This document shows, piece after piece, positions 39,477 through 49,493 of a stretch of DNA of 64,000 bases; position 1 is the stretch's first letter, and every line of letters starts with the position of its first letter. The position numbers and the translations under genes were made by a program. Under the pieces are notes generated by a model. That model did not search any database and was not told the origin of the DNA. It saw only the letters and a list, made by a program, of their open reading frames with translations. This DNA is from an uncultured Thermoleophilia bacterium (lineage in GTDB: Bacteria > Actinomycetota > Thermoleophilia > UBA2241): NCBI GenBank assembly GCA_963702475.1, contig CAVPCT010000006.1, positions 224,001-288,000 on the forward strand. The letters run 5' to 3'.

Positions 39477-40145
39477 ATGGACTCCACCATCCTCATCGTC
39501 GAGGACGACCGCAACATCGGCGACCTGGTCCGCCGGTACCTCGAGCGCGACGGGTATCGCGTCGCGTGGGTGCGCTCCGGCGAGGACGGCCTGGTCGAGC
39601 TGGGCAGGCAGCGTCCCGACCTCGTCGTGCTCGACGTGGGTCTGCCCGGCATGGACGGGTTCGAGGTCTGCCGGCGCATCCGTGCGGCCGGCGAGACGCC
39701 GGTCATCATGCTCACCGCGCGGGACGAGGAGGTGGACCGCGTCCTCGGGCTCGAGCTCGGTGCCGACGACTACGTGCCCAAGCCGTTCAGCCCGCGCGAG
39801 CTGGTCGCGCGCGTGAAGGCGGTGCTGCGCAGGACGCAGCCGAAGCCGTCGAGCGACGTGCTCGGCCTCGGCGGCGTGGAGCTGAAGCGCGGCGCCCGCG
39901 AGGCTACGGCCTCGGGCGCCGCGCTCGACCTCACCATGAAGGAGTTTGACCTGCTCGCCTGCTTCATGGAGCACGCCGGCCTCGTGCTCTCTCGCGAGCA
40001 GCTGCTCGAACAGGTCTGGGGCCTCGAGTTCCCCGGCGGCACGCGCACCGTCGACCAGCACGTCGCGCAGCTCCGCGCCAAGCTGGACGGCGCGCTGACC
40101 ATCGGGACACTCCGCGGCGTCGGCTACAAGCTGGTGCGGCCGTGA
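39477..40145 (+). CDS. OmpR-family response regulator (alternative in-frame start at 39357)
   Basis: ILIVEDD, LD.GLPGMDG, MLTAR, GADDY.PKPFSPREL, RTVDQHV..LR.KL, RGVGY. Confidence 0.95.
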   Translation: MDSTILIVEDDRNIGDLVRRYLERDGYRVAWVRSGEDGLVELGRQRPDLVVLDVGLPGMDGFEVCRRIRAAGETPVIMLTARDEEVDRVLGLELGADDYVPKPFSPRELVARVKAVLRRTQPKPSSDVLGLGGVELKRGAREATASGAALDLTMKEFDLLACFMEHAGLVLSREQLLEQVWGLEFPGGTRTVDQHVAQLRAKLDGALTIGTLRGVGYKLVRP

Positions 40146-42259
40146 ACGCGCCTTTCTCCGCCCCGGCGCAGGAGCGGACGCCCGGCCTTACGCCGGCCTC
40201 GTCCACCGAGGAGCGACGCCGGACGCCCTGGCTCGCGATCGCGGGTGCCATCGCCGTCGCCGCCTTGCTGCTGCTCGTCCTCGCGGTGTTCGTCCGCGTC
40301 GCCCTCCGGTACTCCGACTTCGGTCTGGCGAGAGCCTACGGGTTCGTCCCCTTTCTCAGTACGGAGGGCGTCGCCGTGCTCGGCCTGGTGGGTCTCGGCG
40401 TTGCACTCGTCATCGCGATCATCGGCTGGCGGTCGGGCTCCCGTGCCCGTGCCGGCGCCGGGGGAGCAAGTGCGAGCGAAGGCCCGTCGCATCGCGCGGG
40501 GATGCTGTGGGCTGCCGGTGGCCTCGCGGTCGGCTCGGTGCTCCTGTTCATCGTGGTCTGGGAGCTGGGGCTGGGGTACGGAGTCACCGCCGGCCTGGCC
40601 CTGATCGCCGCGGCCTTGGTGATGGCGGCCGGACTGATCGCGGCCGCGATCCTGGGAGTGGGTGCGATGCGGCCCGGGCGGGCGACGTCGCTGCGCACCC
40701 GCGCCTTCGGCGTCATCGTTGCGTTGATCCTCGTCCCGAGCGTGTGTCTCTCCCTGCTCGGCGTGTACGCGTACTACGCGAGCTGGGAGCGCGCGACCCT
40801 GCTCAACACCGACCAGGCGTACTACCGTGCCGGCGAACTTGCCCGTGAGATCGAGTCGGTCCAGCGGCAGCGCGGCCGCTTCTCCGCGGAGGAGCGCGCC
40901 CGACTGGCCGCCACGATCGCCGCGGCGTACGGGAGCTGGGCACACCCGGAGGGAGCTCAGCTCGCAACGCTCGCACAGCTCCGTGCGACGAGCACGCTGC
41001 CCGCCTGGGCGATCAGGCAGCTCGAACGCGACGGCTACGCCATCGGCTCGGAGCGCGGACCGGCCGCGCTCGACGGGGCGACGAGCAAGCCTGTGGACAC
41101 CGTCGCCTGGCGCGTCGGCCCCGAGACGGTGCGCTACTACGTGCCGGTGTGGACGGACACGGGCAGCTTCACCGCGCCGACCCCCGGCGGTCCGTTGATC
41201 GCCCTCGCGCTCTCAGGTATCGCGCTGATCGTGGTGCTCGGCCTGCTCGGCGCCTGGATCCTCTCACGCAGCGTCGTCCGCCCGGTGCGCCGGCTGGCGG
41301 AGGCCAGTGGCCGGCTCGCCGAAGGCGAAGCCGGCGTCACCGTGAAGCCGGAGGGACCGCGCGAACTGCGCGACCTCGCGGTCTCGTTCAACGACATGAA
41401 CAGCAAGCTGACGAAGGCGCAGGAGACCGAGCAGGCGTTCCTCCTCTCGGTCAGCCACGAGCTCAAGACGCCGCTGACATCCATCCGCGGCTACGCCGAG
41501 GGCATCGGCGACGGGACGGTGCAGCCGGACGACGGCGCCGCCGTCATCGGCGCTGAGTCGAGCCGGCTGGAGCGTCTCGTCGGCGACCTGCTCGAGTCCG
41601 GCCGTATGCGCAAGAGCGCCTTCACCGTGCGCCGCGAGGCCGTTGACCTCGCCGCGGTCGCCGCGGACGTCGCGCGCCGCTGCGAGGCCACGGCGCGCGA
41701 CGCCGGCCTGACCCTGCTGGTGAACACGGACGCCGGCGGCGCAGCGGGCGCCGACCACGACCGCGTACTCCAGGTCGTCTCCAACCTGGTCGAGAACGCC
41801 ATCCGCTGCACCCCGGCGCCGGGCACGGTGACGATCACGACGGCGCCGGGAGTCGTCACGGTCGCCGATACCGGGCACGGCCTGACGAGCGACGATCTGC
41901 CGCGCGCCTTCGAGCGCTTCTACCTGTACACGCGGTACGGCACCGACCGGCCCGTGGGCACCGGCCTCGGCCTGGCCATCGTCAAGGAGCTCACCGAGGC
42001 GATGGGTGGCACGGTGAGCGTGGCCAGCGCCGTCGGCGTCGGCACGGCGTTCACCGTCACCCTGCCGGGCGACAGGGGCGCGGCTTCACCTGCGGCCGGG
42101 ACGACAGCCGCAACCGCCGCGCCGTCCTCCATCACCGCCGCCACGGAGACGGCTTCGCCGGACCCGGCGGCGGTCGTCACCGTGTCACCCGACGCGGGCG
42201 CCCCCGCCGCGACTGAGACGACAGCCGCCACCGCCGCGCCCAAGGACGATGTCTCGTGA
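40142..42259 (+). CDS. membrane sensor histidine kinase (multi-TM, HAMP, HisKA, HATPase)
   Basis: SVSHELKTPLTSI, QV..NLVENA, DTGHG, FERFY, GTGLGLAI. Confidence 0.93.
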   Translation: MNAPFSAPAQERTPGLTPASSTEERRRTPWLAIAGAIAVAALLLLVLAVFVRVALRYSDFGLARAYGFVPFLSTEGVAVLGLVGLGVALVIAIIGWRSGSRARAGAGGASASEGPSHRAGMLWAAGGLAVGSVLLFIVVWELGLGYGVTAGLALIAAALVMAAGLIAAAILGVGAMRPGRATSLRTRAFGVIVALILVPSVCLSLLGVYAYYASWERATLLNTDQAYYRAGELAREIESVQRQRGRFSAEERARLAATIAAAYGSWAHPEGAQLATLAQLRATSTLPAWAIRQLERDGYAIGSERGPAALDGATSKPVDTVAWRVGPETVRYYVPVWTDTGSFTAPTPGGPLIALALSGIALIVVLGLLGAWILSRSVVRPVRRLAEASGRLAEGEAGVTVKPEGPRELRDLAVSFNDMNSKLTKAQETEQAFLLSVSHELKTPLTSIRGYAEGIGDGTVQPDDGAAVIGAESSRLERLVGDLLESGRMRKSAFTVRREAVDLAAVAADVARRCEATARDAGLTLLVNTDAGGAAGADHDRVLQVVSNLVENAIRCTPAPGTVTITTAPGVVTVADTGHGLTSDDLPRAFERFYLYTRYGTDRPVGTGLGLAIVKELTEAMGGTVSVASAVGVGTAFTVTLPGDRGAASPAAGTTAATAAPSSITAATETASPDPAAVVTVSPDAGAPAATETTAATAAPKDDVS

Positions 42260-42905
42260 CGTGAGGCGCCGCCGCATCTACCACTCTCGGGCCGTGAGGC
42301 GGCGCCGGTCGGCGCTCGTGGTGTTCGTCGCGGCAGTTATGGCGCTCGGCGCTGTCGCCGCCGCGCAGGGCGGCGGCAGCGAACGCGTGCGGGTTGCCTA
42401 CGACCGCCGCGCCGCTGTCACGTACGCAGACACCTGGGCGCTGAAGGTGAATCCCGAGTACTGGTCGTCGCCGGACAACGACTGCGCCAACTTCGTCTCC
42501 CAGTGCCTCGCGGCCGGCGGGCTGCGGCCCACCTTCGACGCCGGCCTGGAGTGGCACGCCGACGGCACGGACTTCCCCACGGTGGCGTGGGTGAATTGCG
42601 GCGCGCAGAGACGTGCCCTCTCTGGCGAAGGCGCGGGCCGTTCGCGTGCCTTCGCCCGGGTCACGGATGCACTGCCCTCAGAATTGGCGCCGGGCGACGT
42701 CGTGTACCTGGGCAACATCGTGGCGGGCGAGGTCGTGTGGCAGCACGTCGTGATCTGCGTGGGCCGCAGGGGTGGCGAGTGGGTCTACGACAGTCACACC
42801 GCAGCTCATCGTCGGCGGCCGTTGAGCGTGTGGTACCCGGAGCACTTCTCGCTCGTCAGCTACTGCAGCGTCGCCGACACGGTGTACTACGACGCGCAGG
42901 AGTGA
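42249..42905 (+). CDS. exported amidase-domain protein (Amidase_6, NlpC/P60-related)
   Basis: TM/signal segment; YDR.AAV.YA..WA...NP.Y, DCANFVSQCL.AGG, PGDV, H, SHT. Confidence 0.8.
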   Translation: MSRDVRRRRIYHSRAVRRRRSALVVFVAAVMALGAVAAAQGGGSERVRVAYDRRAAVTYADTWALKVNPEYWSSPDNDCANFVSQCLAAGGLRPTFDAGLEWHADGTDFPTVAWVNCGAQRRALSGEGAGRSRAFARVTDALPSELAPGDVVYLGNIVAGEVVWQHVVICVGRRGGEWVYDSHTAAHRRRPLSVWYPEHFSLVSYCSVADTVYYDAQE

Positions 42906-43041
42906 TTGCGGATCCCGGGCTGCCCTGCGGGGCCGGCGGGCGAAGCTCCAGCCGGCCCCGCGTCACCGGTGACCCTCTCGGCATAGGCGCGCCACGGCGC
43001 CGGGGTGAGTCCGCGCCGGTGCGCCCCACGCGGCCGTGCGG

Positions 43042-44613
43042 TCAGACGTCGTCCGGGTCCAGCGCTCGCACGTAGGCGACGAGCTCGCGGGTCTCGTCCG
43101 AGTCGATCTTCATGAGGTCGTAGTCCACGAGCACGCCGTTGAAGTACTCGAACGTGGCCAGGTCCGTCACCGGCCCCGCCGGCAGCACGCCGGTGAAGAG
43201 GAAGCCCAGCTCTTCGAGCTGGGATGCGGCCGCCGCGGCGCCGGGCCGCGCCATGTCCACGCTCGCCTCGATCACGCGCAGCTCGGACTCGCGCAGGCGG
43301 CGCAACTCGTCGTGCAGGCGACCGCGCAGGTCGCCGCCGACCCCGGTCACCCGAAGCGTGGCGACCGAGGTCGACGGGTCGAGGCGCACCGTGATGCTCG
43401 TCTCCGCCCGAAGGTCGCGCAGCGCGTCGAGGGCGCCAGGCGGGGACCCGTCCAGCCTGCCTGGCGCGCCTATCCACCCGTAGAGGCGCGCAATCGTGGA
43501 ACGGTGCCGCTCGGGCACGTCCAGCGGCACCGTCGACGGCGCACCGAAGTAGCGGTACATGGTGATCGCCGAGTTCCGATGGTGCGACTGGGCGTCCATG
43601 CCGCGGAACTCGCGGTCCGGCGGGATCGTGGCCAGGCGCACGCCGCAGGTGCCCATGCCGAGCTGCACGTTGAGGTGCTGCGTGAACGGGTGCACCGTGA
43701 TGGCCTCGGCGAAGACCCCGTAGAGGCCCCGGGAGGCAGCCTCCTCCATGAGCATGTCGGCGAGCCGCCGGGCCACGTGCTTGCCGCGCCACGCCCTGCG
43801 GGTCGCGGCGATGCCGAGCTCCGGGACGTCCCGGAGCTCGTCGGGGAACGAGAGGGCGAAGTGGCCGACCACCGTGCCATCGGGGGCTGTGGCCACCACC
43901 GAGATCATGGCCCCGCTCTCGTTCAGCTCGGCGATGCGCAGCGGGTGGTACATGTCCTCGTGCAGGTACGACAGCCGGTACGTGTCGAAGATGCACTCGC
44001 TCACTGAGGCGGCCTGCTCACGGCGCAGCAGGCCGTAAGTGATGCCGTCCGCGTCGGTCGCGGGCGGCGCCTCCCGGGCGTCATCCGGGTCGAGCTCCCA
44101 GAGCTGCTCCACGTCGCCGCCCTGCAGCTCCCAGGCCCCGCGGCCGCCGATCACCAGCGCGTCGTCGTCGCCCTCGGGAAGGTCGTCGTCCCCCACCTTG
44201 CGCGCCGCTGTGTGGTGATGGAACATCATGCGCACCGTCTTGCCGCCGCGCCCCTCGTTGCGGAACTCGACCCAGTCGGCCGAGCCCTCGTCCAGGAGGC
44301 TGCGGACGAACGAGTCGGCCTCGCCGGCCCGGGACGGGTCGAACGGCGGCCCGTCGTCGTGCAGCGTGACCGTGAGTCCGCCGGGGACGACCTCGCAGGT
44401 GACGTCCACCGTCAGCACCTCGTGCGTCGCCTCCAGCACGAGGATCGCCGCCAGCTGCTGCACCACCACCGCCACGCGCTTGCGGGCGTCGTCGCGGAAG
44501 CCGGCCAGGGCGGCGCCCCCTCGCGCCGTGTCGCGCACGAGCCCGAGGAACTCAGGCCGGCTCGGCACGCTGAGTGTCACCCGCCGTGATGCGGCCGTGT
44601 CCGACCCACTCAT
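43042..44613 (-). CDS. RsbW-like HATPase domain fused to GNAT-like domains
   Basis: N-terminal LSVPS.PE.L..VR...L.V.LHDDGPPFDP...G.GGK; C-terminal YRLSY, VVGHFAL, ELGIAAT..AWRGK.VA, LGFLFTGVLP. Confidence 0.7.
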   Translation of the reverse strand: MSGSDTAASRRVTLSVPSRPEFLGLVRDTARGGAALAGFRDDARKRVAVVVQQLAAILVLEATHEVLTVDVTCEVVPGGLTVTLHDDGPPFDPSRAGEADSFVRSLLDEGSADWVEFRNEGRGGKTVRMMFHHHTAARKVGDDDLPEGDDDALVIGGRGAWELQGGDVEQLWELDPDDAREAPPATDADGITYGLLRREQAASVSECIFDTYRLSYLHEDMYHPLRIAELNESGAMISVVATAPDGTVVGHFALSFPDELRDVPELGIAATRRAWRGKHVARRLADMLMEEAASRGLYGVFAEAITVHPFTQHLNVQLGMGTCGVRLATIPPDREFRGMDAQSHHRNSAITMYRYFGAPSTVPLDVPERHRSTIARLYGWIGAPGRLDGSPPGALDALRDLRAETSITVRLDPSTSVATLRVTGVGGDLRGRLHDELRRLRESELRVIEASVDMARPGAAAAASQLEELGFLFTGVLPAGPVTDLATFEYFNGVLVDYDLMKIDSDETRELVAYVRALDPDDV

Positions 44614-44640
44614 GCTGGACCGTTCATCAGCCGGCGGCCG

Positions 44641-45090
44641 TCAGGCAAGCCGGTCGCGAAGCTGTGCCGCCGCGGCACGGTCTTGAGTGGCGCTCTTCTC
44701 GAACGCCTTCTTGCGCGCGCCGAGCAGCTCGCCGCAGCTCGCCACGAACGCCTCGTGGAAGCCGGCGGCGTCTTCCTCAGCTCGGGCCAGCTGCTCCACG
44801 GCGCCCGGCCAGTGGACCTCGGGCTCGGCGTCCAGCGTGCCGAGATAGGCGCCGGCGTCCAGCACCACGGCCACGCCGGCGCTCGCCTCGGTCTCCTGCC
44901 GCGTGGCGGTGAGCTTCGCCACGCGGTCGTCGTGCGTGCAGACGATCTCCTCGAGCTTGTCGCGCCAGACCTGGTCCGGCGCAATGACGCCGGCGGCCGC
45001 CGCGAGGTCGGCGCAGGCCTGCTCGGCCTCCAGTGCGAACCGCAGGGCGGCGCCGTACGTCGTGATGTCGGGGAACTGGTGAGCCACCAC
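44641..45090 (-). CDS. ferritin/rubrerythrin-like four-helix protein
   Basis: SD GGAGAG; ALRFALEAE...H..R and EE.AA.FHE helix pairs. Confidence 0.6.
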   Translation of the reverse strand: MVAHQFPDITTYGAALRFALEAEQACADLAAAAGVIAPDQVWRDKLEEIVCTHDDRVAKLTATRQETEASAGVAVVLDAGAYLGTLDAEPEVHWPGAVEQLARAEEDAAGFHEAFVASCGELLGARKKAFEKSATQDRAAAAQLRDRLA

Positions 45091-45162
45091 CTCTCCTTTG
45101 GTCGTGTCTTGTCGGGGCCGTCCTACCCGGCCGCGCAGTTCCCCTATCGGCTGCGTGGCACG

Positions 45163-45204
45163 AAAAGCGGAGGGTGGGGGAGCCGTGAAGCTCCCCCACC
45201 CTCC
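45163..45204 (-). terminator. intrinsic terminator after mmsA/iolA
   Basis: 15-bp stem GGAGGGTGGGGGAGC/GCTCCCCCACCCTCC, 6-nt loop, short T-run on minus strand. Confidence 0.8.
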
Positions 45205-45250
45205 TCCGGTCAGACGGTGCCGGCGGTCCGCGCCGCGCGCGGAACGTGCC

Positions 45251-46786
45251 TCACCACTGCTTGTTGACGGTGCCCTCCCAGGTGCCGACCTTCTTCTCCT
45301 TCTTCTCCGCCTCGGTGAACCAGCGCGAGGTGACGCACTTGCTCTCGGTGAAGAAGCGGATGCCGTCGAGGCCGAACACGTGGCTCTCGCCGAAGAACGA
45401 GTCCTTGTGGCCGGCGAACGGGAAGAAGCTCACCGGCACCGGGATGCCGACGTTGATGCCGACCATGCCGGCGTGCGTGCGCTTGGCGAACTCACGCGCA
45501 TAGTAGCCGCTCTCGGTGAAGATGCAGGAGCCGTTGGCGAAGCGGCTGTTGTTCATGATCGTGATGCCCTCTTCGAAATCCTCGACGCGCTTGATCCCGA
45601 GCACTGGGCCGAAGATCTCCTCGCGGCCGACCTCCATGTCTTCGGTCACGTGGTCGAAGATCGTCGGGCCGACGAAGAAGCCGTTCTCGAAGCCGGGGAC
45701 GACGAGGTCGCGACCGTCGAGGATGAGGTCGGCGCCCTCTGCGACGCCCTTGTCGATCCAGCCCTTGACGAAGGCCTGGTGGCCGGCCGAGACGACCGGG
45801 CCGAGCTCCGTCTTGGGATCGTAGGAGCAGCCGACGACGCGCTGCTTGGCGAACTTCATCATGTAGCCGATGAACTCGTCGGCGATGGAGTTCTCGACCA
45901 CGATCACGGGCAGCGCCATGCAGCGCATGCCGGCGCAGCCGAAGGTCGAGTTGATGATGCCCGCGGCGGCGCGTTCCAGGGAGGCGTCGGCCAGCACGAG
46001 GCCGTGGTTCTTGGCCTCGGTCTGCGCCTGGACGCGCTTGCCGTGCGCGGCCGCCAGCGAGTAGACGTGCTTGCCGACGCTGGTCGAGCCCACGAAGGAG
46101 ACGCCGCGCACCAGCGGGTGGGTCATCATGAGCTCGGCCTCGGTGCGCGAGCAGGTCACGACGTTGACGACGCCCTTGGGCAGGCCGGCCTCGTAGAGCA
46201 GCTCGAGCAGGCGCATGCCGGTCGTCGGCACCATGCTGGCCAGCTTCAGGACGAGGGTGTTGCCGGTGACGATGCACAGCGGCAGCATCCAGCCGAAGGG
46301 GATCATGCCAGGGAAGTTGAAGGGCGCGATGCCGGCGAACACGCCGATCGGCTCGCGGTAGCTCACGGTGTCGTGCCCGGTGGACACGTTCATGAGCGAC
46401 TCGCCCTTCATGGTCATCGGGGCGGAGACGCCGACCTCGCAGCCCTCGATGATCTTGATGACCTCGCCGCGCGCCTCGTCGAGGTTCTTGCCGAGCTCGC
46501 GCGAGCAGAGATAGGTGATCTCCTCGGCGTGCTCCTCGAGCAGGGCCTTCCAGCGGTAGAGCACCTGGGTGCGCTTCTGGATCGGCGTCGTCGACCAGGT
46601 CTGGAACGCCCTGTGGGCGCTCTCGATGGCGGCCTCGACCTCTTCGGCCGTGCAGCACGGAGCCTCGGCGAACACCTCGCCGGTGGAGGAGTCGGTGACC
46701 GGCATGTAGGTGTCGGTGGCCGATTCGCGCCACTCGCCGTCGATGCAGTACTTCAGGGTCTTCACTTCTGTCACTGCCTGGGCCAT
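45251..46786 (-). CDS. mmsA: CoA-acylating (methyl)malonate-semialdehyde dehydrogenase
   Basis: IAPFNFPGM, GNT.VLK, SFVGST, RVQAQTEAKNH, FGCAGMRCMA, EEIFGPV, GMVGINVGIPVP. Confidence 0.93.
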   Translation of the reverse strand: MAQAVTEVKTLKYCIDGEWRESATDTYMPVTDSSTGEVFAEAPCCTAEEVEAAIESAHRAFQTWSTTPIQKRTQVLYRWKALLEEHAEEITYLCSRELGKNLDEARGEVIKIIEGCEVGVSAPMTMKGESLMNVSTGHDTVSYREPIGVFAGIAPFNFPGMIPFGWMLPLCIVTGNTLVLKLASMVPTTGMRLLELLYEAGLPKGVVNVVTCSRTEAELMMTHPLVRGVSFVGSTSVGKHVYSLAAAHGKRVQAQTEAKNHGLVLADASLERAAAGIINSTFGCAGMRCMALPVIVVENSIADEFIGYMMKFAKQRVVGCSYDPKTELGPVVSAGHQAFVKGWIDKGVAEGADLILDGRDLVVPGFENGFFVGPTIFDHVTEDMEVGREEIFGPVLGIKRVEDFEEGITIMNNSRFANGSCIFTESGYYAREFAKRTHAGMVGINVGIPVPVSFFPFAGHKDSFFGESHVFGLDGIRFFTESKCVTSRWFTEAEKKEKKVGTWEGTVNKQW

Positions 46787-46839
46787 CGTGGGTCCTCTCG
46801 TCTGTGTCCTCGCGGTTGCCTCAAAGGGTGGCACGTAGT

Positions 46840-46859
46840 CTAATCAATCGAATGATTAG
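46840..46859. promoter_or_regulatory. palindromic operator between mmsA and divergent tetR
   Basis: CTAATCAATCGAATGATTAG, near-perfect inverted repeat in an AT-rich island. Confidence 0.75.
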
Positions 46860-46887
46860 TCTCAACTCCCATGACGAGGATGCCTCG

Positions 46888-47598
46888 GTGAGCGGCGTGC
46901 TGCAAGCTACGGGCCGCGGCACGTCGGCGACGACCACACAGGGTCCCGCCGTCGCCGGTCCTCCCGTCGAAGACCCGCGGCCGAGCATGCCTCCCGCCGC
47001 CGCGCACCTGCTCGAGGCCGCCCAGCACGTGTTGCTCAGCAAGGGGTTCGGAGGCCTCACGCTGCGGGCCATCGCACAGGAGTCGGGCGAGAACTCGGCC
47101 ATGGTGCAGTACTACTTCGGCAACAAGGACGGCCTCGTCCGGGCGATGATCGACTCGGCGTTCCGCGACGACCAGCAGGACGCCGCCGCGGCCATGAACG
47201 CGGCCATGGGCGACGCCCGGTTGCCCGCGTTCGTGGACGCGCTCCGGACCATCGGGTCGTCGCGCTCGTTCCGTGTGTTCTTCGACATCCTGCCGTACGC
47301 CCTCCGCAACGAGACGCTGCGGGACCGCATGGCGCGGGTGTACGTCTGGTACCGGCGGATCAAGTGCGACTGGCTGAGCGGCGGGAGCGAGAGCGGCGAG
47401 CCCGCCGCCGCGGAGCGCGAGGCTCTGCAGGGCGTGGCCGAGCTCATGACGGCGGTGGTCGACGGGCTCGCCGTCCAGGAGGCGATCGACGACGACTTCG
47501 ACTCGAGCCGGGCCTACGCTGTGCTCGAGCTCATGCTGCAGCGCTCGCTGCCGGAGCTGATCGAGCGCGGTCTGCCCGAGGCTTCGTCCGCGGAGTGA
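46888..47598 (+). CDS. TetR-family regulator (start uncertain)
   Basis: LLEAA..V....GF..LTLRAIA.ESG...AMV.YYFGNK.GL. Confidence 0.88.
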   Translation: MSGVLQATGRGTSATTTQGPAVAGPPVEDPRPSMPPAAAHLLEAAQHVLLSKGFGGLTLRAIAQESGENSAMVQYYFGNKDGLVRAMIDSAFRDDQQDAAAAMNAAMGDARLPAFVDALRTIGSSRSFRVFFDILPYALRNETLRDRMARVYVWYRRIKCDWLSGGSESGEPAAAEREALQGVAELMTAVVDGLAVQEAIDDDFDSSRAYAVLELMLQRSLPELIERGLPEASSAE

Positions 47599-47637
47599 GA
47601 GCCGGGGGCCGGCGGGGCCCTGCGGGCCCGGCCCCCG

Positions 47638-49389
47638 TCACTGCCCGTCCGTCTTCCAGCACTCGAAGAAGTTGAACGTCCAGACTGGGTGCACGTAGAA
47701 GCCCCCGGTCGTGGGGCCGTGCATCGCGTTCCACACGGGCTGGTACAGCGGGGCGGCCGGCGCGTCACGCATGATGATCCGCTGCATCTCCTGGAACAAC
47801 GCGATGCGCTTCTGCCGGTCGAGCTCGCGCTTTGACGCTTCGAACAGCGCGTCCACCTGCGGGTCGCTGTAGAAGCTCGCGTTCGCGCCGCCGTCGCGGG
47901 GGTCGGTGAACAGGGGCCCGATCCAGTCGCTCGGGTCGGGGTAGTCCATGTACCAGTTGCCCAGACCGATGGCGATGTGCGCGCCGGAGAGGCCCACGGC
48001 GTTCCAGTACGAGGCTCTGTCCATCTCCTCGATCTCCGTCTCGATGCCGACGGCGGCGAGGTCCCGCTGGACGGCTTTGGCGAGCTGGGGGAAGGGATCG
48101 ACGTCGTGGGTCGCGAGCACCGTCTTGAAGCCGCTCGAGTAGCCGGCGAGCGCGAGCAGGCTCTCCGCGCGTTCGGGGAAGTAGCTGTAGAACCGGGCGG
48201 TGGTCTCGTGACCGGGCAGCCCCCGCGGGTAGAGCTGGTCGAGCGAGAGGCCCTGACCGCCGAGCGCCTCCTGGATCTTCTGCGTGTCGATCGCGTAGTT
48301 TATAGCGCGGCGCACGCGTGCGTCCTGGAACGGTCCCTCCCGCACGTTCATGAACACGTAGTACCAGGCGATCTGGGGGGCGTCGACCACGTACCTGCCC
48401 CAGGCCGGGTCCTGTTTGGTCCTCTGGTAGTCCGACGGGGGGATCGGGTCCCCGAGCACGTCCACCTCTCCGCGCTCGAGACCGGCGAGGGCGCTGCCGG
48501 GGCTCACGATGTCGAACTCCAGGCCGTCGAGCCACTGCCCGCCGGCGCCCGTCCAGTTCGGGTTTCGTTTGGCTGTGATGCTGGTGCCGGGCGTCCAGCC
48601 ATCTACGATGTAAGGGCCGGTGCCGAGTGGCCGGCGGCCGATCTGCCTGCCCACCTCGACGACCCACTCCTTGGGCAGCACCGACGTGAACGGCATGGTC
48701 ATGACGGTGAGAAAGGCGGCGTCGGGGGCATCCAGGGTGATGCGCACCGTGTGGTCGTCCATGACTTCGAAGCCCGTCACCTCATCGGCGGCGCCGTCCA
48801 GATACGCCTGGGCGCCGGCGATCCCCGTGTAGAACGACGTCGCCGGCGCCAGCGGCTCGCGCAGCATACGCTCGAAGCTGTACTTGAAGTCCGCGGCCGT
48901 GACCTCTCTGCTCACCGGCGGTGCGAAGCGGACGCCCTTCTTCAGATGGAAGGTGTACACCAGGCCGTTCCGGGAGATGCCCCCGTTGTCCACGGCCGGC
49001 ACCTCGGTCGCGAGGTCGGGCACGAGCGTGGTCCCGGCGGAGCCGGAGGCGCTCGCGTACGTGAGGAACGTCTGGTAGGTGAGTCGCTCGATGCCCCACG
49101 ACTCGGTCTCCCAGGCCACCGCCGGGTCGAGGGTCGCGGGCTCGTTCTCGAAGGTGACGACCAGGGTGCCGCCGCGCACGGGCTCGGTGGCGGGGATGCC
49201 GGCCGGGGGGTTCGCCGGTCCCGGTGTGGCGCGGTCGCGAGTGAGGAGCACGATCCCCGCCACGGTGGCGAAGATCAGCAGGGCTGCGACCAGGACGACG
49301 AGTCGCCGGTGGCGTACGTGAGGCGCTGTCCGCTCCTTCTCCGACGGGCGGCCGGGAGTGCCGTCCGGCTCAGGCTGCGGTGTCCCCAT
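47638..49389 (-). CDS. peptide/nickel ABC substrate-binding protein (family 5), N-terminal membrane anchor
   Basis: GGTL, TLDPA, PDLA, YTFHLKKGVRF, VTAADFKYSFER, GTGPY, D.RVRRAINYAID. Confidence 0.9.
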   Translation of the reverse strand: MGTPQPEPDGTPGRPSEKERTAPHVRHRRLVVLVAALLIFATVAGIVLLTRDRATPGPANPPAGIPATEPVRGGTLVVTFENEPATLDPAVAWETESWGIERLTYQTFLTYASASGSAGTTLVPDLATEVPAVDNGGISRNGLVYTFHLKKGVRFAPPVSREVTAADFKYSFERMLREPLAPATSFYTGIAGAQAYLDGAADEVTGFEVMDDHTVRITLDAPDAAFLTVMTMPFTSVLPKEWVVEVGRQIGRRPLGTGPYIVDGWTPGTSITAKRNPNWTGAGGQWLDGLEFDIVSPGSALAGLERGEVDVLGDPIPPSDYQRTKQDPAWGRYVVDAPQIAWYYVFMNVREGPFQDARVRRAINYAIDTQKIQEALGGQGLSLDQLYPRGLPGHETTARFYSYFPERAESLLALAGYSSGFKTVLATHDVDPFPQLAKAVQRDLAAVGIETEIEEMDRASYWNAVGLSGAHIAIGLGNWYMDYPDPSDWIGPLFTDPRDGGANASFYSDPQVDALFEASKRELDRQKRIALFQEMQRIIMRDAPAAPLYQPVWNAMHGPTTGGFYVHPVWTFNFFECWKTDGQ

Positions 49390-49493
49390 GTGTCCCTCCA
49401 TGGCCCGGAAGTCTACTTCCCGCGCTCGGTCGAACGCGACAGGGGGTCAGGCGGCGACGGTATGATCGCGAAGGAACGAACGTGAGGAGAAGC

